From contig CAVZQN010000004.1 of assembly GCA_963777505.1 (NCBI GenBank), forward strand, positions 1,824,001-1,888,000: a DNA stretch of 64,000 nt, given 5' to 3'. The DNA is from an uncultured bacterium. Lineage in GTDB: Bacteria; Acidobacteriota; HRBIN11; JAKEFK01. The translations under genes and the position numbers were made by a program. Each line of letters starts with the position of its first letter. Position 1 is the stretch's first letter. This document shows, in pieces, positions 31,938 through 43,024 of the stretch. Below the pieces are notes generated by a model. That model was not told the origin of the DNA. It saw only the letters and a list, made by a program, of their open reading frames with translations, and ran no database searches.

Positions 31938-32623
31938 GAGGCCCGGCCCCGCGGAAGCGGGAAGCGGGGGCCGGGCCTCTAAAAATGCTAAGTTCAATCA
32001 AGAAAATACCCTGATATATACTTTTCCTTTTCCTGCCGTCTGGTTAAATACTCTTCCAGCATGTCTGCATAAGGTATGTCGATCAACTTGCGCTGAATTA
32101 AGGGATTTGTTTCTTTTTGGAAATCTATGTGGCTTGAATGTTCCCATTGCCCTGTTTCACTCACCAATCGTGCATCCACCGGATTAAGGTGAATGTAGCA
32201 AACTAGCCAAGCTAAATAAACTGTTGATCGAATTTCTTTCGCATTGTATCTGCCTTGAAAAACGTAACCGCTATGGTTGTAACGCTTATTGAAATATCCT
32301 GCATATGAAGTCTGCAACCTATGAATCATCTTCGATAAAGCATTTTCCTCTGTAGTATGAACCAGCAAGTGATAGTGATTAGGCATAATGCAATATGCGA
32401 GGATGTCGGTTTTATTTTCCATTGCGTATTTGAAAAGCCTTGATTTAAAAAAACCGTAATCCTGACGATCAAGGAAAAGGGTTCTACGTTCAACTCCACG
32501 GTTGTATGCGTGATAGTAGTGATCTGCTTGTGGCGTAATCCCATTAGGCATATTGAAATAGTAGTATAAGAAATATGAATTGAGGCCCGGCCCCCGCTTC
32601 CCGCTTCCGCGGGGCCGGGCCTC
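31938..32623 (-). mobile_element. RAYT/Y1 transposase unit bounded by perfect 42-bp inverted palindromic repeats
   Basis: 31938-31979 is the exact reverse complement of 32582-32623; an extra partial copy starts at 31895. Confidence 0.85.
31994..32551 (-). CDS. REP-associated tyrosine transposase (RAYT, Y1_Tnp HUH family)
   Basis: YYHAYNRG..R..LF...DY, AYCIMPNHYHLL, YFNKRY..SG.VFQGRY, YIHLNPV...W.HSS. Confidence 0.93.
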   Translation of the reverse strand: MPNGITPQADHYYHAYNRGVERRTLFLDRQDYGFFKSRLFKYAMENKTDILAYCIMPNHYHLLVHTTEENALSKMIHRLQTSYAGYFNKRYNHSGYVFQGRYNAKEIRSTVYLAWLVCYIHLNPVDARLVSETGQWEHSSHIDFQKETNPLIQRKLIDIPYADMLEEYLTRRQEKEKYISGYFLD

Positions 32624-33376
32624 AAACAACGCGGAAAACAATATGCGACGGAAGCCAAAAAAAATGGGGGTTGTTTGATAGCGTTCGGCAAGCAAGCTTC
32701 TATAGCGTTCCAGAAACTCATTCTTCAAGCGCTCATTTAATTTTTCAAGATACGGTAAAAGGGATGTCGCTGTTGTCCATTTCACCAGCGCATCTACATC
32801 ATCAAGAATGTGTGGATAGATTTTTTCAAAGACTTTAATTTCTCTGCCGCCTTCTTTGTACAAAATGTCTGCATATTCAGCGATATCCAAAACATTAGCA
32901 GGTTGTGTCCAACCTCGCAGTGCCGAAACGAAGGGTTCTTCGCTAGCTACAGCATGAATTTCTAAAAATACAGGATGGCTATGATTCGACGGAAGCTGAA
33001 CCGCAAGTTGACCGCCCGGTTTTAACATTGAAAAGAATTTTTTCAATAGTGAGTGATGATTCGGAACCCAATGGATTGCAGCATGAGAAAAGATTAAGTC
33101 ATACTTGCCATCGACATCCTCAATTCGTTTTTGTTCAAATCTCAAACCGTTCCGTTTGAAGTTTTGGGCATGTTCGAGCATTTCAGCCGAGGAGTCAAAA
33201 CCGATTACATTGCTTTCAGGTAGATGATCCTGAAGGCGCGCGGTGAGTTCGCCGGTACCGCACCCAAGGTCGACTACATCAATTCCTGTGCGGGAAGGGA
33301 TCAATTGGATCAAATCTTCAAATGGGGCAAACCGTTCATTCTTAAAACGAAGAAATAAGTCCGGATCCCATGGCAT
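32624..33376 (-). CDS. tam: Trans-aconitate methyltransferase-like SAM methyltransferase; reads through into the RAYT frame
   Basis: MPWDP..F...R..PF.DL, VVDLGCGTG.LT, DSS.EML, IFSHAAIHWV, LKPGG.LAVQ.P, F.FRR. Confidence 0.85.
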
Positions 33377-33442
33377 TCCTTTATTTTAACCCTTAGAATG
33401 GACGGAATAGCGCGTATGTGTTAAATTTACCTTCTAACATAT

Positions 33443-33751
33443 ATGCCAATTTACGAGTATGAGTGTGTGAACAATAAGCATCGTTTTGAAGTGATTCAAA
33501 AGTTCAGCGACGCATCTGTTGACCATTGTACGGTTTGCGGAGAGCCCGTTGAGCGATTAATTTCGTCACCCGCAATTCAGTTTAAGGGAAGTGGATGGTA
33601 CATCACTGATTACGCCAGGTCAGGGTCATCCGATGCTTCTGAAAAGAAATCAACAGATAAACCTTCAACCGAAAGTCCAGCATCTACGGATGCAAAATCT
33701 GAGAAGCCCGCACCTGCTGCGCCTGCTTCTTCGACTAAGACCGAACCCTAA
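33443..33751 (+). CDS. FmdB family zinc-ribbon protein
   Basis: MPIYEYEC...HRFE..Q......C..CG....R.IS......FKGSGWY.TDY with low-complexity tail. Confidence 0.93.
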   Translation: MPIYEYECVNNKHRFEVIQKFSDASVDHCTVCGEPVERLISSPAIQFKGSGWYITDYARSGSSDASEKKSTDKPSTESPASTDAKSEKPAPAAPASSTKTEP

Positions 33752-33759
33752 AGATTTTT

Positions 33760-34716
33760 GTGTATTTCACTTTACGAACGCTCCTTATCATCTTAGTTCT
33801 CGCCGGAATTTCCATCAGCCAGGAAGAAGAAGAACAGGAATTCGAAGACACTGTTCAGATTGATTTGGTTGATGTTTATCTTTCTGCAACCGATAAAAAA
33901 GGAAATCCTGTAAAAGACCTGAAAGAGGATGAGATTATCATTAAGGAAGATGATGTAATCCAGAAGATTACGCATTTCTCAACTTCAGGGACCGAAGAAA
34001 AAAATGAAATGCCGATTGCCGTTGCGCTAGTGATTGATGCCAGCAATAGCATGCATGAGGGTACAAAAGAAGTTAAAAAGATCGATATTGCAAAGGATAT
34101 CGGGCGCGAAGTAATTCAGTTGATGAGACCTCAAGACCAGGTAATGATTACTGCTTTCGATAGCCAGATTAAAATTAAAACCGAATTGTTGTCCAGCGCC
34201 GGCGAAGCGGAAAAAGTCTTATCAGGCTTAACACCGAGTTACAGGCGCACAGCATTATGGGACGCGATCAGGGCATCATCCAAAGTCTTGCAAACTGTAG
34301 AGGGCCGCAGAGTGATGTTGATTTGTTCCGATGGGATCGATAATGCAAGTTCAGCCAAAGAAGAGGATGTCATTCCTGACGATTTAGTGAGCGGCGAAGT
34401 TATAGTTTTAGCACTGGGGACGATCGAATTCGAGCGTGGTCAACATGTTCATGGTGACGATGGGGAGTATAAAAAAGGGAAGAATACGATGGAACTTCTT
34501 GCTGCTCGAACTGGAGGATATGCATTTTTTCCCAAGAAAGCACCAGAGCTTGAAGAGATGTTTCAAAAGATAAGATCTGGCGTTTGGAACTGGTATTCGA
34601 TTGCTTATAACTCTTCAAATCCGGAAAAAGATGGAAATTGGCGTAAAATAGAGATAGAGACGAAGCGAAAAGGTGTTCGTCTAAAGTATCGCGAAGGATA
34701 CTATGCATCGTCATAA
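33760..34716 (+). CDS. VWA domain protein (acidobacterial VWFA-related)
   Basis: V......D.KGNPV..L, DASNS MIDAS, TALWDAI, SDG.D, LA..TGG, WRKI.......R..Y.EGY. Confidence 0.9.
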   Translation: MYFTLRTLLIILVLAGISISQEEEEQEFEDTVQIDLVDVYLSATDKKGNPVKDLKEDEIIIKEDDVIQKITHFSTSGTEEKNEMPIAVALVIDASNSMHEGTKEVKKIDIAKDIGREVIQLMRPQDQVMITAFDSQIKIKTELLSSAGEAEKVLSGLTPSYRRTALWDAIRASSKVLQTVEGRRVMLICSDGIDNASSAKEEDVIPDDLVSGEVIVLALGTIEFERGQHVHGDDGEYKKGKNTMELLAARTGGYAFFPKKAPELEEMFQKIRSGVWNWYSIAYNSSNPEKDGNWRKIEIETKRKGVRLKYREGYYASS

Positions 34717-34746
34717 ACTATTTATGTAGAATTTGTTTCTGTTACT

Positions 34747-34763
34747 CTGGCCCACATGTTGCT
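34747..34763 (+). promoter_or_regulatory. Putative sigma54 -24/-12 promoter
   Basis: CTGGCCCACATGTTGCT = GG-N10-GC, ~40 bp upstream of ATG 34801. Confidence 0.55.
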
Positions 34764-34800
34764 GACTGTAATCGGCAACAAACGACTCCCGGAGGGTCTT

Positions 34801-36133
34801 ATGAAACATGTCCATGTTTTGTTACTTCTCCTGCCAACTTTAATAACCATCAGTCCTGCCTCAGCTGAAGACTATGAGGTTTCTGTCACTACTGTAAACG
34901 TTTGGATCAGGGCTACTGATGGATCAGGAAATGCCATGACAGGACTTCAGATGTCGGATTTTGAAATTTTTGAAGATAAGAAGAAGATGACGCCAACCTG
35001 TTTTGAAGAAGTTCATATTCAAATGCCGAGCTGACGAAAATCTTGCCGAGGAAACCAATGTTGGTCCAGCGACTCCGAAACGCATGATTCTTTTTCTTGA
35101 TTTGTACAATACTTCTCAGTTTGAGCTTGAACGAATCCGTCCGGAGTTGGATCGATTTATGTCCCGCGTTCACTTAAAAGGATGGGAAATGATGATGGTT
35201 GCCTTTCTTCCTACAGGGCAGCTGGGAATCATTTCACCTTTTACACGAAGTATCACAAGTATCCGTAAAGTTCTTGACCGGGCAAAAGGAAACGCTCAAA
35301 GAGACCAGCAACTTTCGCGAAATGATCAAGATCTCATTGAAATACTTGCACCTTTGAATATCGCCAAGGAAGATTCTGCTGATGAACGCGACGCGGAAGG
35401 TAATCGAAACCCCGAATTCAACCAACGCAATGGGGCAGGGGTGGCAGATCAGGCGTTTTTTGACATGTCGATTAGTAATGCGTATCGGCAAGCAGAAGTT
35501 TTTGCGCGCCGGGAGAAGTATGCGGCTGAACATGCTTTTGGCGGTCTGGAAAGTTTTGGAGAATATTACGGCAAAAATCTTTCTGCCGGTGAGCATACTC
35601 TCATTATCTTTGTCTCGGGAGGAATTAATTCAGATCCAGGGAGGCGTTACTTTGAAATTGTGAATAGTTATGTTGAAGGGACGGCTGCAAATGTGGATCC
35701 TGGTGACTTTATTCTGAAGTCCGGTACCGTTGTTAAAGAGAATAATTTTGATCTTGAACGTCTCGTTAACAAAAGTATCGGAAAACTCAATCGATACAAC
35801 TTAACCCTCTATGCGATGAATACGCGTGGCTTGCCTTCTTCAGGCTCCGACATTACGAAAGCGGAAGCAAATTTCGCGGCGCTGGACGTAAATTTTCTTA
35901 AAGATTATCAGGATTCGCTCGCGCATATGGCGGAAGAGACCGGCGGATTCTCGTTTCAAAATTCACAAAACTTTAAGGTAGGACTGGATAGTGTGTTGAA
36001 TGATATCAGCCATCAATATCTGGTTTGTTATCGATCACCGGATCATAAAAAGGCGGACGAATATCATTCAATTAAAGTCGTGGCAAAAAAGCCAGGCTTG
36101 AAATTACGATACAGACAAGGCTACGTAGATTAA
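34801..36133 (+). CDS. VWA domain protein (acidobacterial type; frameshift near 35030)
   Basis: Signal peptide, VNV....TD..G....GL...DF..FED; MAEETGG, Y...Y.SP...YH.I.V....PG..LRYRQGY. Confidence 0.82.
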
Positions 36134-36182
36134 GGGGCCGCAAGCTTCCAGCCTGCATCGGGGATTGCGGACTTCTAGTCCG

Positions 36183-37511
36183 CTAGGCCAACGAATTTTT
36201 TCGGGCGGCAATTTTTTCGCGAAGGGTATTCCGTGAAATTCCAAGCACACGAGCGGCAGTTGCTTGATTGTGATTCACTTTAGGCATCACAAGTTCAATC
36301 AGCATTTGCTTCATCTGTTCCATAAATTCTTCGTAAAGTGAACCCTTTTTCCAACGCACTTCACATTCTTTCAAAACATCTTCAATCAGATTCGAAAATT
36401 GATTCGCACGGTCAAGATTCAATGGAACATTAAATCCCTGACAAATCCTCCAGGAGTCCGGTGTTAGAATTCCTGACGGTTCAATTAGCATCATCCGTTC
36501 TATCACATTGGATAATTCTTGAATATTTCCTGGCCATGGATATTCCTGCATAATCCGAAGGATTTCCGTGGAAATTGACTTCACCGGAATTTTCATTGAA
36601 CGCGCTGAACGTTGAATAAAATGTTCTGCAATCATGTGTACATCTTCAGAATGTTCTCTTAACGCGGGAATTCGCAGCGTTGCCTCTGTATTGTGGACAC
36701 CCTCTTCAAGAAACGGAGCAGATTCCTGGTAAGAAGCAATCACACGGATAGAAGAATGCGCGCCACGATCAAGAATTTCGGTCTGTTGATCTGTATTCAG
36801 CTGTTCAACATGACTCAAAAATAAGATTCCATCATCATGCCGTTTTCTTGCTTCCTGAAGTCCTATTCCAATAAGGCCAGGCACTGGAATTCCGTCGTAT
36901 CGCGAAATTTGTTGCAGCAATCTGCAGTCATAGTTCAGAAAAGGTGAATCTCTTTTGCAGGATAACCGATACATTCCATACGCAAGATGTTCTTTTCCTG
37001 TCCCTGTTTCGCCTGAAATAACGACTGGTTTATTCTCGCGTGTGAGAGCCCGCGCGCGGTTATTTATTTCTCGTATTTTTGAATTTGTTCCAAGGAGCAA
37101 TTCGGCTCGTACGGGGCCTGGCTTTTTTGCCGGACGCGCATTCATCCATGCAACGGCTTCTCTGATCCTTCTGGCGATCCGGCCGATATTTTGTCCTACA
37201 GAAAAATAATCAAATACACCATACTGAAGAACGTGGATTGCCGTTTCAATGTTTCCAACATGCGAAATTACAATGATCGGAACAGAACCATCATGGCGCG
37301 ATAACCATTCCTGATGTTTTAAATCAAATTCATTTTTTATTTTTACAATGAGAACGATCGCTTTTCTTGCTTTAGCAAATTTTTGCGGAGACCCTGAAAG
37401 GTTTTGCGCTTTTGCTTCAAGCAAATATCCATCAGAATGACGAACTAACTTTTTATAAAAAGAATCTTCTGATCCACAATAAACGACACGTTGGACGTTA
37501 GTTCGATTCAT
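36183..37511 (-). CDS. Degenerate NtrC/Fis-family regulator (pseudo-receiver, eroded AAA+, HTH)
   Basis: GETGTGKE, YPWPGNIQEL.N.IER, NQ..AARVLGISRNTLR; no GAFTGA, Walker B altered. Confidence 0.85.
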   Translation of the reverse strand: MNRTNVQRVVYCGSEDSFYKKLVRHSDGYLLEAKAQNLSGSPQKFAKARKAIVLIVKIKNEFDLKHQEWLSRHDGSVPIIVISHVGNIETAIHVLQYGVFDYFSVGQNIGRIARRIREAVAWMNARPAKKPGPVRAELLLGTNSKIREINNRARALTRENKPVVISGETGTGKEHLAYGMYRLSCKRDSPFLNYDCRLLQQISRYDGIPVPGLIGIGLQEARKRHDDGILFLSHVEQLNTDQQTEILDRGAHSSIRVIASYQESAPFLEEGVHNTEATLRIPALREHSEDVHMIAEHFIQRSARSMKIPVKSISTEILRIMQEYPWPGNIQELSNVIERMMLIEPSGILTPDSWRICQGFNVPLNLDRANQFSNLIEDVLKECEVRWKKGSLYEEFMEQMKQMLIELVMPKVNHNQATAARVLGISRNTLREKIAARKNSLA

Positions 37512-37535
37512 GATTAATCCTAAAGAACTTTGAAA

Positions 37536-38408
37536 CTAGCGAAGCTTCAGCGTTAAGAGATACTCGCGAAAGGCTTCTCCAAGATCTTTTCGCTTCAAGG
37601 CAAATTCTACGGTTGCTTTCAGGAAACCAAGTTTGTTTCCTGCATCATACCGGGTGCCTTTAAATTTATACCCAAAAATGGGTCTCTCTTTCAACAAAAG
37701 TTTTAAGCCATTTGTAAGTTGAATTTCTGATTTGTGATCCGGTGTCACATTTGAGAGAGCGTCAAATAAATCCGGTGTTAAAACATAGCGACCAATGATC
37801 GCCAAATTTGATGGTGCCTCTTTACGAGACGGTTTTTCAATCAAATCTGTGATTTCGTACAAATTTTCAGCAACTTGTTTGCCTGCAATGATTCCGTAAG
37901 AACTGACGTGATCCATGGAAACTTCTTCGACTGCAACGACGGGATGTTGTTTCTCGTAAAACACATCTAACAACTGTTTCATGCATGGTATTTCGGAATC
38001 GATAATGTCATCTCCAAGAAAACAGGCAAAAGGTTCATTTCCAACCAAGTCCCGTGCGGTAAGAATAGCGTGGCCGAGCCCTAGGGCTTCTTTCTGTCTC
38101 ACATATGAAACATTAATCATGTCGGAAATGGATCGAACGATTGCCAGTAATTCCTTTTCTCCACGCTGTTCAAGAATTTTTTCAAGTTCAAATGAAACAT
38201 CAAAGTGATCTTCGATTGCCATCTTTCCCCGGCCAGTAATTAAGATGACATTTTCAATGCCTGAGGCGAGAGCTTCTTCAAAGCCGTATTGAATCAAAGG
38301 TTTGTCGACCAGTGGAAGCATCTCTTTGGGTTGTGCTTTTGTAGCGGGAAGAAAGCGGGTGCCAAGCCCCGCGGCAGGGAAGACTGCTTTTCGTACTCTG
38401 GTGGTCAT
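37536..38408 (-). CDS. galU: UTP-glucose-1-phosphate uridylyltransferase
   Basis: KAVFPAAGLGTRFLPATKAQPKEMLP, LGLGHAI, EKP, GRY, EIQLT. Confidence 0.98.
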   Translation of the reverse strand: MTTRVRKAVFPAAGLGTRFLPATKAQPKEMLPLVDKPLIQYGFEEALASGIENVILITGRGKMAIEDHFDVSFELEKILEQRGEKELLAIVRSISDMINVSYVRQKEALGLGHAILTARDLVGNEPFACFLGDDIIDSEIPCMKQLLDVFYEKQHPVVAVEEVSMDHVSSYGIIAGKQVAENLYEITDLIEKPSRKEAPSNLAIIGRYVLTPDLFDALSNVTPDHKSEIQLTNGLKLLLKERPIFGYKFKGTRYDAGNKLGFLKATVEFALKRKDLGEAFREYLLTLKLR

Positions 38409-38456
38409 GATTGTTTCTGAAATATTTATTTTTTGCTTTGCGTCTTTGTGGTTGTT

Positions 38457-39179
38457 CTAAAAATCGCCGCGTTCGTATTGTATTATTGCAGCCAGAGCAA
38501 GTCCAGCCGTTTCAACACGCATGATTCGCGATCCGAGATGCACTTTTGTAAATCCTGCATCTTCAAACGCCTGAGTTTCGAGCTCTGTCCAACCTCCTTC
38601 AGGTCCTACTACAAATATAGTACTATCATTGGTACTCGCAGTATTCGACAGCAGTTCTCGTAAAGGATGTGAGCCCTGGCGTTCATGGAGTAGAAGCTTG
38701 AGGCCGGAGAAAGAATGACTGAGGAAATTATTGATTGATTCGGGTGGAAAAACAGTAGCAGGAAACACATTTTCGCTCTGCTCAGCGGCTTGCACCGAAA
38801 TTTCATTCCATCGCTGAAGTTTTTTTTGCACATTTTCCGGGCGAACAATTGTTCGATCGGAAATGAGCGGATAAATTTCTGAAATTCCAAGTTCGGTTGC
38901 TTTTTGAATCAGCCACTCAAAGCGTTCACCTTTCGGAATTGCCTGGCCGAGAATCAATTTATGTTCCGGAGCTTGCACCGGCAGCGGCTTAATCATACGG
39001 ATCAAAACGCCATCCGGTAGAACAGTCTCAATTGCAGCTTCCCAGCATTTTCCTGGAATCGCTATTTCAAGAGCGTCTCCCTCTTTCATCCGCATAACAC
39101 GGATCAATCGTTTTTTAATTTCACGATTGAGAAGAAGCCTTCCGTTTTGAAAGTCAGCAGTGGGGAGAAATAATCGCAT
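38457..39179 (-). CDS. rsmE: 16S rRNA m3U1498 methyltransferase
   Basis: KGERFEW..QKATELG, AAEQS, VGPEGGW, LG.RIMRVETA; ATG 39179. Confidence 0.95.
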   Translation of the reverse strand: MRLFLPTADFQNGRLLLNREIKKRLIRVMRMKEGDALEIAIPGKCWEAAIETVLPDGVLIRMIKPLPVQAPEHKLILGQAIPKGERFEWLIQKATELGISEIYPLISDRTIVRPENVQKKLQRWNEISVQAAEQSENVFPATVFPPESINNFLSHSFSGLKLLLHERQGSHPLRELLSNTASTNDSTIFVVGPEGGWTELETQAFEDAGFTKVHLGSRIMRVETAGLALAAIIQYERGDF

Positions 39180-39187
39180 GGTGTTTA

Positions 39188-39260
39188 GTAGGGGCGGGTC
39201 TAAGACCCGCCCGAAGACATAAGCCAATTATAAACGGGCGGGTCTTAGACCCGCTCCTAC
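39188..39260. repeat. Inverted GTAG-REP doublet (REPIN-like)
   Basis: GTAGGGGCGGGTCTAAGACCCGCCCG ... CGGGCGGGTCTTAGACCCGCTCCTAC. Confidence 0.88.
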
Positions 39261-39271
39261 TATCGGAGAAA

Positions 39272-40405
39272 TTATTCCAGCAGGTCTTTTACTTTTTCGA
39301 GTACGCCGCGTTCTTGAGGTGAGATATGTTCCTTCCGGGATTTTGCCAAATCTTTTAAAAGTTTCCGTTCATTTCCAGACCAATTGGAAGGAATTTTTAC
39401 ATTGAATTGAACGTGCAAATCTCCACGGCCGAATGAGTTCAAATGAGGTACGCCTTTCCCTCGCAACGTGTGAATCATTCCTGGCTGCGTTCCTTCCAAT
39501 ATTTTGATTTTCTCTTCGCCATCCGGAGTTTTTACAGTGATCACATCACCCATAGCCGCCTGCAACATGGAGATTTCTTTTTCACAAAACAGATCAGCAT
39601 TACGGCGTTTGTAAAATGAATGTTCATTCACTTCGATGAGTACATAAAGATCTCCAGAACCTCCGCCACGGATTCCTGCTTCGCCTTCTCCTTTTACCTT
39701 TAAGCGGTTCCCTGTATCGACTCCAGGTGGAATTTTCACGCTGATCATTTTTTCTTCTTCAGTTCTGCCTGAGCCACTACATTTTATGCACGCATCTTTT
39801 AATACTTGTCCTGTCCCGGAACATTGCGGACACGTCCGCGCAATGGTTACAAAACCTTGATTGTAACGAACCTGACCATACCCGTTGCAAGTTGGACAAG
39901 TGATTCGGCTTTCACTTGAAGTAGAGCCGGTTCCATTACACAGAGTGCAGGAATCGAGTCTATTGAATATCAATTGTTTTTCGATTCCTGAAATGGTTTC
40001 TTCTAAGGAAATTTCCAAATGATATTGCAAATCTGCGCCGCGAACGGGCCCACCACGGCGTTTGCGTCCGCCGGCGGCTGTTCCAAAAAAATCACCAAAA
40101 AAGAAATTTCCTAAAATATCGCTGAAATCTGCAAACAGATCCGGATTAAATCCTGCTCCACCACCTGCCGAACTACTCACTCCAGAATGACCGTATCGAT
40201 CATATAAAGTTCGCTTTTCCTTATCGCCAAGTACGGAATAGGCTTCTGCTGCCTCTTTGAATTGCTCTTCTGCCGCTTTATCCCCAGGGTTTCGATCGGG
40301 ATGGCATTTCATCGCGATTTTGCGATATGAGCTTTTGATTTCCTGGTCGCTGGCTCCACGCGTTACACCAAGCACTTCATAGTAATCGCGTTTCAATGTT
40401 GGCAT
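39272..40405 (-). CDS. dnaJ: Chaperone DnaJ
   Basis: J domain with HPD; four CxxCxGxG repeats; GDL. Confidence 0.97.
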   Translation of the reverse strand: MPTLKRDYYEVLGVTRGASDQEIKSSYRKIAMKCHPDRNPGDKAAEEQFKEAAEAYSVLGDKEKRTLYDRYGHSGVSSSAGGGAGFNPDLFADFSDILGNFFFGDFFGTAAGGRKRRGGPVRGADLQYHLEISLEETISGIEKQLIFNRLDSCTLCNGTGSTSSESRITCPTCNGYGQVRYNQGFVTIARTCPQCSGTGQVLKDACIKCSGSGRTEEEKMISVKIPPGVDTGNRLKVKGEGEAGIRGGGSGDLYVLIEVNEHSFYKRRNADLFCEKEISMLQAAMGDVITVKTPDGEEKIKILEGTQPGMIHTLRGKGVPHLNSFGRGDLHVQFNVKIPSNWSGNERKLLKDLAKSRKEHISPQERGVLEKVKDLLE

Positions 40406-40423
40406 TTTGGGAATTTCCTTGTT

Positions 40424-42244
40424 TTATATAGAAAAATCGCTACGCAGCATCGCCTGTGCAAGAAGAGTGGATGCTCTTTGCATTGCTTCCAATGAATCTT
40501 TCATTCTTTGTGTATCATTTTCGCCCACAGCTTCTTCCGCATCTTTAAATACGGATTCAAGCGTTGCTTGTTCATGTTCATCGAGCTTCGTGGCAAATTG
40601 TTGATACACTTTACGATTCGATGCAAGAAGCTGATCGAGCTGGCTCTTTACTTCATCCAGTTCACGGCGGTCGGAAACCTCCCGCTGTTCTGATATCGTA
40701 TCGTTTGCAAGGCGTGTAACTTCTTCGCGTGAGAGTCCGCTTGAAGGCGAAATTAAGATAGCTTGTTTCAATCCTGTATTTGAATCTCGCGCTGATACCT
40801 GAACGATACCATTTGCATCAATATCAAACGTAACATCGATTTGTGGAACTCCTTTTGGAGCAGGCAGGATTCCGGTTAGTTCAAACTTACCCAGTGATTT
40901 ATTTTGATAAGCTTTTTCTCCTTCCCCTTGTAGAATATTAATTTCAACCGCTCCCTGATTGTCAGTTACAGTTGTGAATATTAATGATTTACGGGTCGGA
41001 ATCGTTGTGTTTTTATCGATAATCACCTGGAAATTACTTCCACGAGTTTCAATCCCGAGTGGTAACGGCGTTACATCAAGCAGAACTACATCTTTCACTT
41101 CTGCATTCAGTACTGCTCCCTGAACCGCCGCGCCCATGGCTACAACTTCATCAGGATTGATTTCACGATTAGGTTCTTTGCCGAAGATTTTCTTAACACG
41201 ATCAATGACTTTAGGAGTACGAGTTTGACCGCCAACAAGAATAATTTGATTTAGTTTTTCAGGCTTGATCCCGGCATCTTTCAGAGCTTCAAAACATGGT
41301 TTTTCAATCTGCTCTAACAAATCTTCAATCAAACCTTCAAATTTCGTTCGTTGCAGCATCAAATCCAGATGTTTGGGCCCGTTTTGATCGGCTGTAATAA
41401 ACGGAAGATTGATCTTCGTTTCATTTGTTGTGGAAAGTTCGCATTTTGCTTTTTCCGCAGCTTCCTTAATGCGCTGCATTGCCATGCGATCCGATGACAG
41501 ATCAATCGAAGTTTGCTGTGAGAATTCCTCAAGCATCCACGCAATGACACGTCGGTCAAAATCTTCACCGCCAAGAAATGTATTTCCGTTTGTGGCTAAA
41601 ACTTCAAATACTCCTTCGGCAATTTCAAGGATCGTGATATCGAATGTGCCGCCGCCAAGATCGAAGACTGCAATCGTTTCATGAACTGATTTATTCAAAC
41701 CATAAGCGAGGGCAGCAGCCGTTGGCTCATTGATAATCCTTTTTACATTTAAACCCGCAATCTGTCCCGCATCTTTTGTTGCCTGGCGCTGGCTGTCATT
41801 AAAATGCGCCGGAACGGTAATAATTGCATCCGCCACTTCGTACCCCAAATATTCTTCCGAATACCTTTTAATGTATTGAAGAACATGTGAAGAAATTTCT
41901 TCGGGACTGTACTCATGGTCCTTAATTTTGATCCGGATATCTCCATTTGGCGCGCGGTTCAATTGATATGGGATGTAGTTCCGTACAGTGTTGATTTCCG
42001 GAGAATCATATTTGCGGCCGATTAACCGCTTTACTGCGGAAATCGTGTTGATAGGATTTACGACTGCTTGTCGTTTTGCAATTTGTCCGACAAGACGATC
42101 TCCTTTTTCTGAAAATGCAACAATGGACGGCGTGGTTCGTGCGCCTTCCAAATTTGGAAGCACTTGTGGTACGCCATTTTCAAAAATCGCCGCACATGAG
42201 TTTGTGGTCCCCAGATCTATGCCGATTATTCTTTCGTCTGCCAT
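40424..42244 (-). CDS. dnaK: Chaperone DnaK (Hsp70)
   Basis: [48 protein letters not shown]. Confidence 0.97.
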   Translation of the reverse strand: MADERIIGIDLGTTNSCAAIFENGVPQVLPNLEGARTTPSIVAFSEKGDRLVGQIAKRQAVVNPINTISAVKRLIGRKYDSPEINTVRNYIPYQLNRAPNGDIRIKIKDHEYSPEEISSHVLQYIKRYSEEYLGYEVADAIITVPAHFNDSQRQATKDAGQIAGLNVKRIINEPTAAALAYGLNKSVHETIAVFDLGGGTFDITILEIAEGVFEVLATNGNTFLGGEDFDRRVIAWMLEEFSQQTSIDLSSDRMAMQRIKEAAEKAKCELSTTNETKINLPFITADQNGPKHLDLMLQRTKFEGLIEDLLEQIEKPCFEALKDAGIKPEKLNQIILVGGQTRTPKVIDRVKKIFGKEPNREINPDEVVAMGAAVQGAVLNAEVKDVVLLDVTPLPLGIETRGSNFQVIIDKNTTIPTRKSLIFTTVTDNQGAVEINILQGEGEKAYQNKSLGKFELTGILPAPKGVPQIDVTFDIDANGIVQVSARDSNTGLKQAILISPSSGLSREEVTRLANDTISEQREVSDRRELDEVKSQLDQLLASNRKVYQQFATKLDEHEQATLESVFKDAEEAVGENDTQRMKDSLEAMQRASTLLAQAMLRSDFSI

Positions 42245-42284
42245 TCTTTACTCGCTTTTCATCCCATGAGAATCAAGATTGTAT

Positions 42285-42971
42285 TTATTCTTCCTGAGGC
42301 GGAGCCTCTTCGGTATCACCCTTACCAGTCTTTCTAAAACTGACTTTCACCATTGCAGGGCGTAACAATTTTTCACGGAAAAAATAACCCTTTTGGAATT
42401 CTTCCAGGATTGTATTCTCCGGAACGTCATCTCTTTCTTCGCGAGTAATCGCTTCATGAAAATTTGGATCAAAAATCTTCCCAATTGAGTCGATCGCTCG
42501 TAATCCTTTTTTCTCCAGTCCATCTTTCAACTGACGATAAATTAGTTCAACACCTTTTTGATAATCAGAACCCACCTGATCATCCGCATGAGAAAGTGCT
42601 CTTTCAAAGTTGTCCAGAATTGTTAGCAGTTCATACATGAAATCAGAAAGAGCATACATCTGATATTCACGTTTCTCTTTTTCTGCGCGTTTACGAAAGT
42701 TTTCAAAATCGGCGTGTTTGCGCAGCAAACGATCGTGAATGTCATCTTTTTCACGCCGCAGTTCGAACAATTGCTTTTCCAAATCGGCAATCTGTGCGCT
42801 GTCCGGTGGGTCAGCGACTACCAGATTTGTTTCTTCATCGGCAACATTATCCGAATACGGATCTTCTTCATCAATTACTTTGATGTAGATTTCCTCTTCA
42901 TCTTTGCCATTCCCTTTAGATCCTGTTAATTCATCAAGATCTTCGGGAAGGTCATCATTTTCGTCTACCAT
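42285..42971 (-). CDS. grpE: Nucleotide exchange factor GrpE
   Basis: ADFENFRKR, DNFERAL, FDPNFHEA, QKGY....LLRPAMVKV. Confidence 0.97.
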   Translation of the reverse strand: MVDENDDLPEDLDELTGSKGNGKDEEEIYIKVIDEEDPYSDNVADEETNLVVADPPDSAQIADLEKQLFELRREKDDIHDRLLRKHADFENFRKRAEKEKREYQMYALSDFMYELLTILDNFERALSHADDQVGSDYQKGVELIYRQLKDGLEKKGLRAIDSIGKIFDPNFHEAITREERDDVPENTILEEFQKGYFFREKLLRPAMVKVSFRKTGKGDTEEAPPQEE

Positions 42972-43024
42972 GGTCTTCTATTGCGTATCATAGAGCAACA
43001 CTCGCGCTTGTGCCTATGTACGTT

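Noticed and set aside
32326-32721. Alternate-frame 131-aa ORF over the RAYT boundary
   Set aside because: Overlaps well-supported genes and shows no protein-like signal
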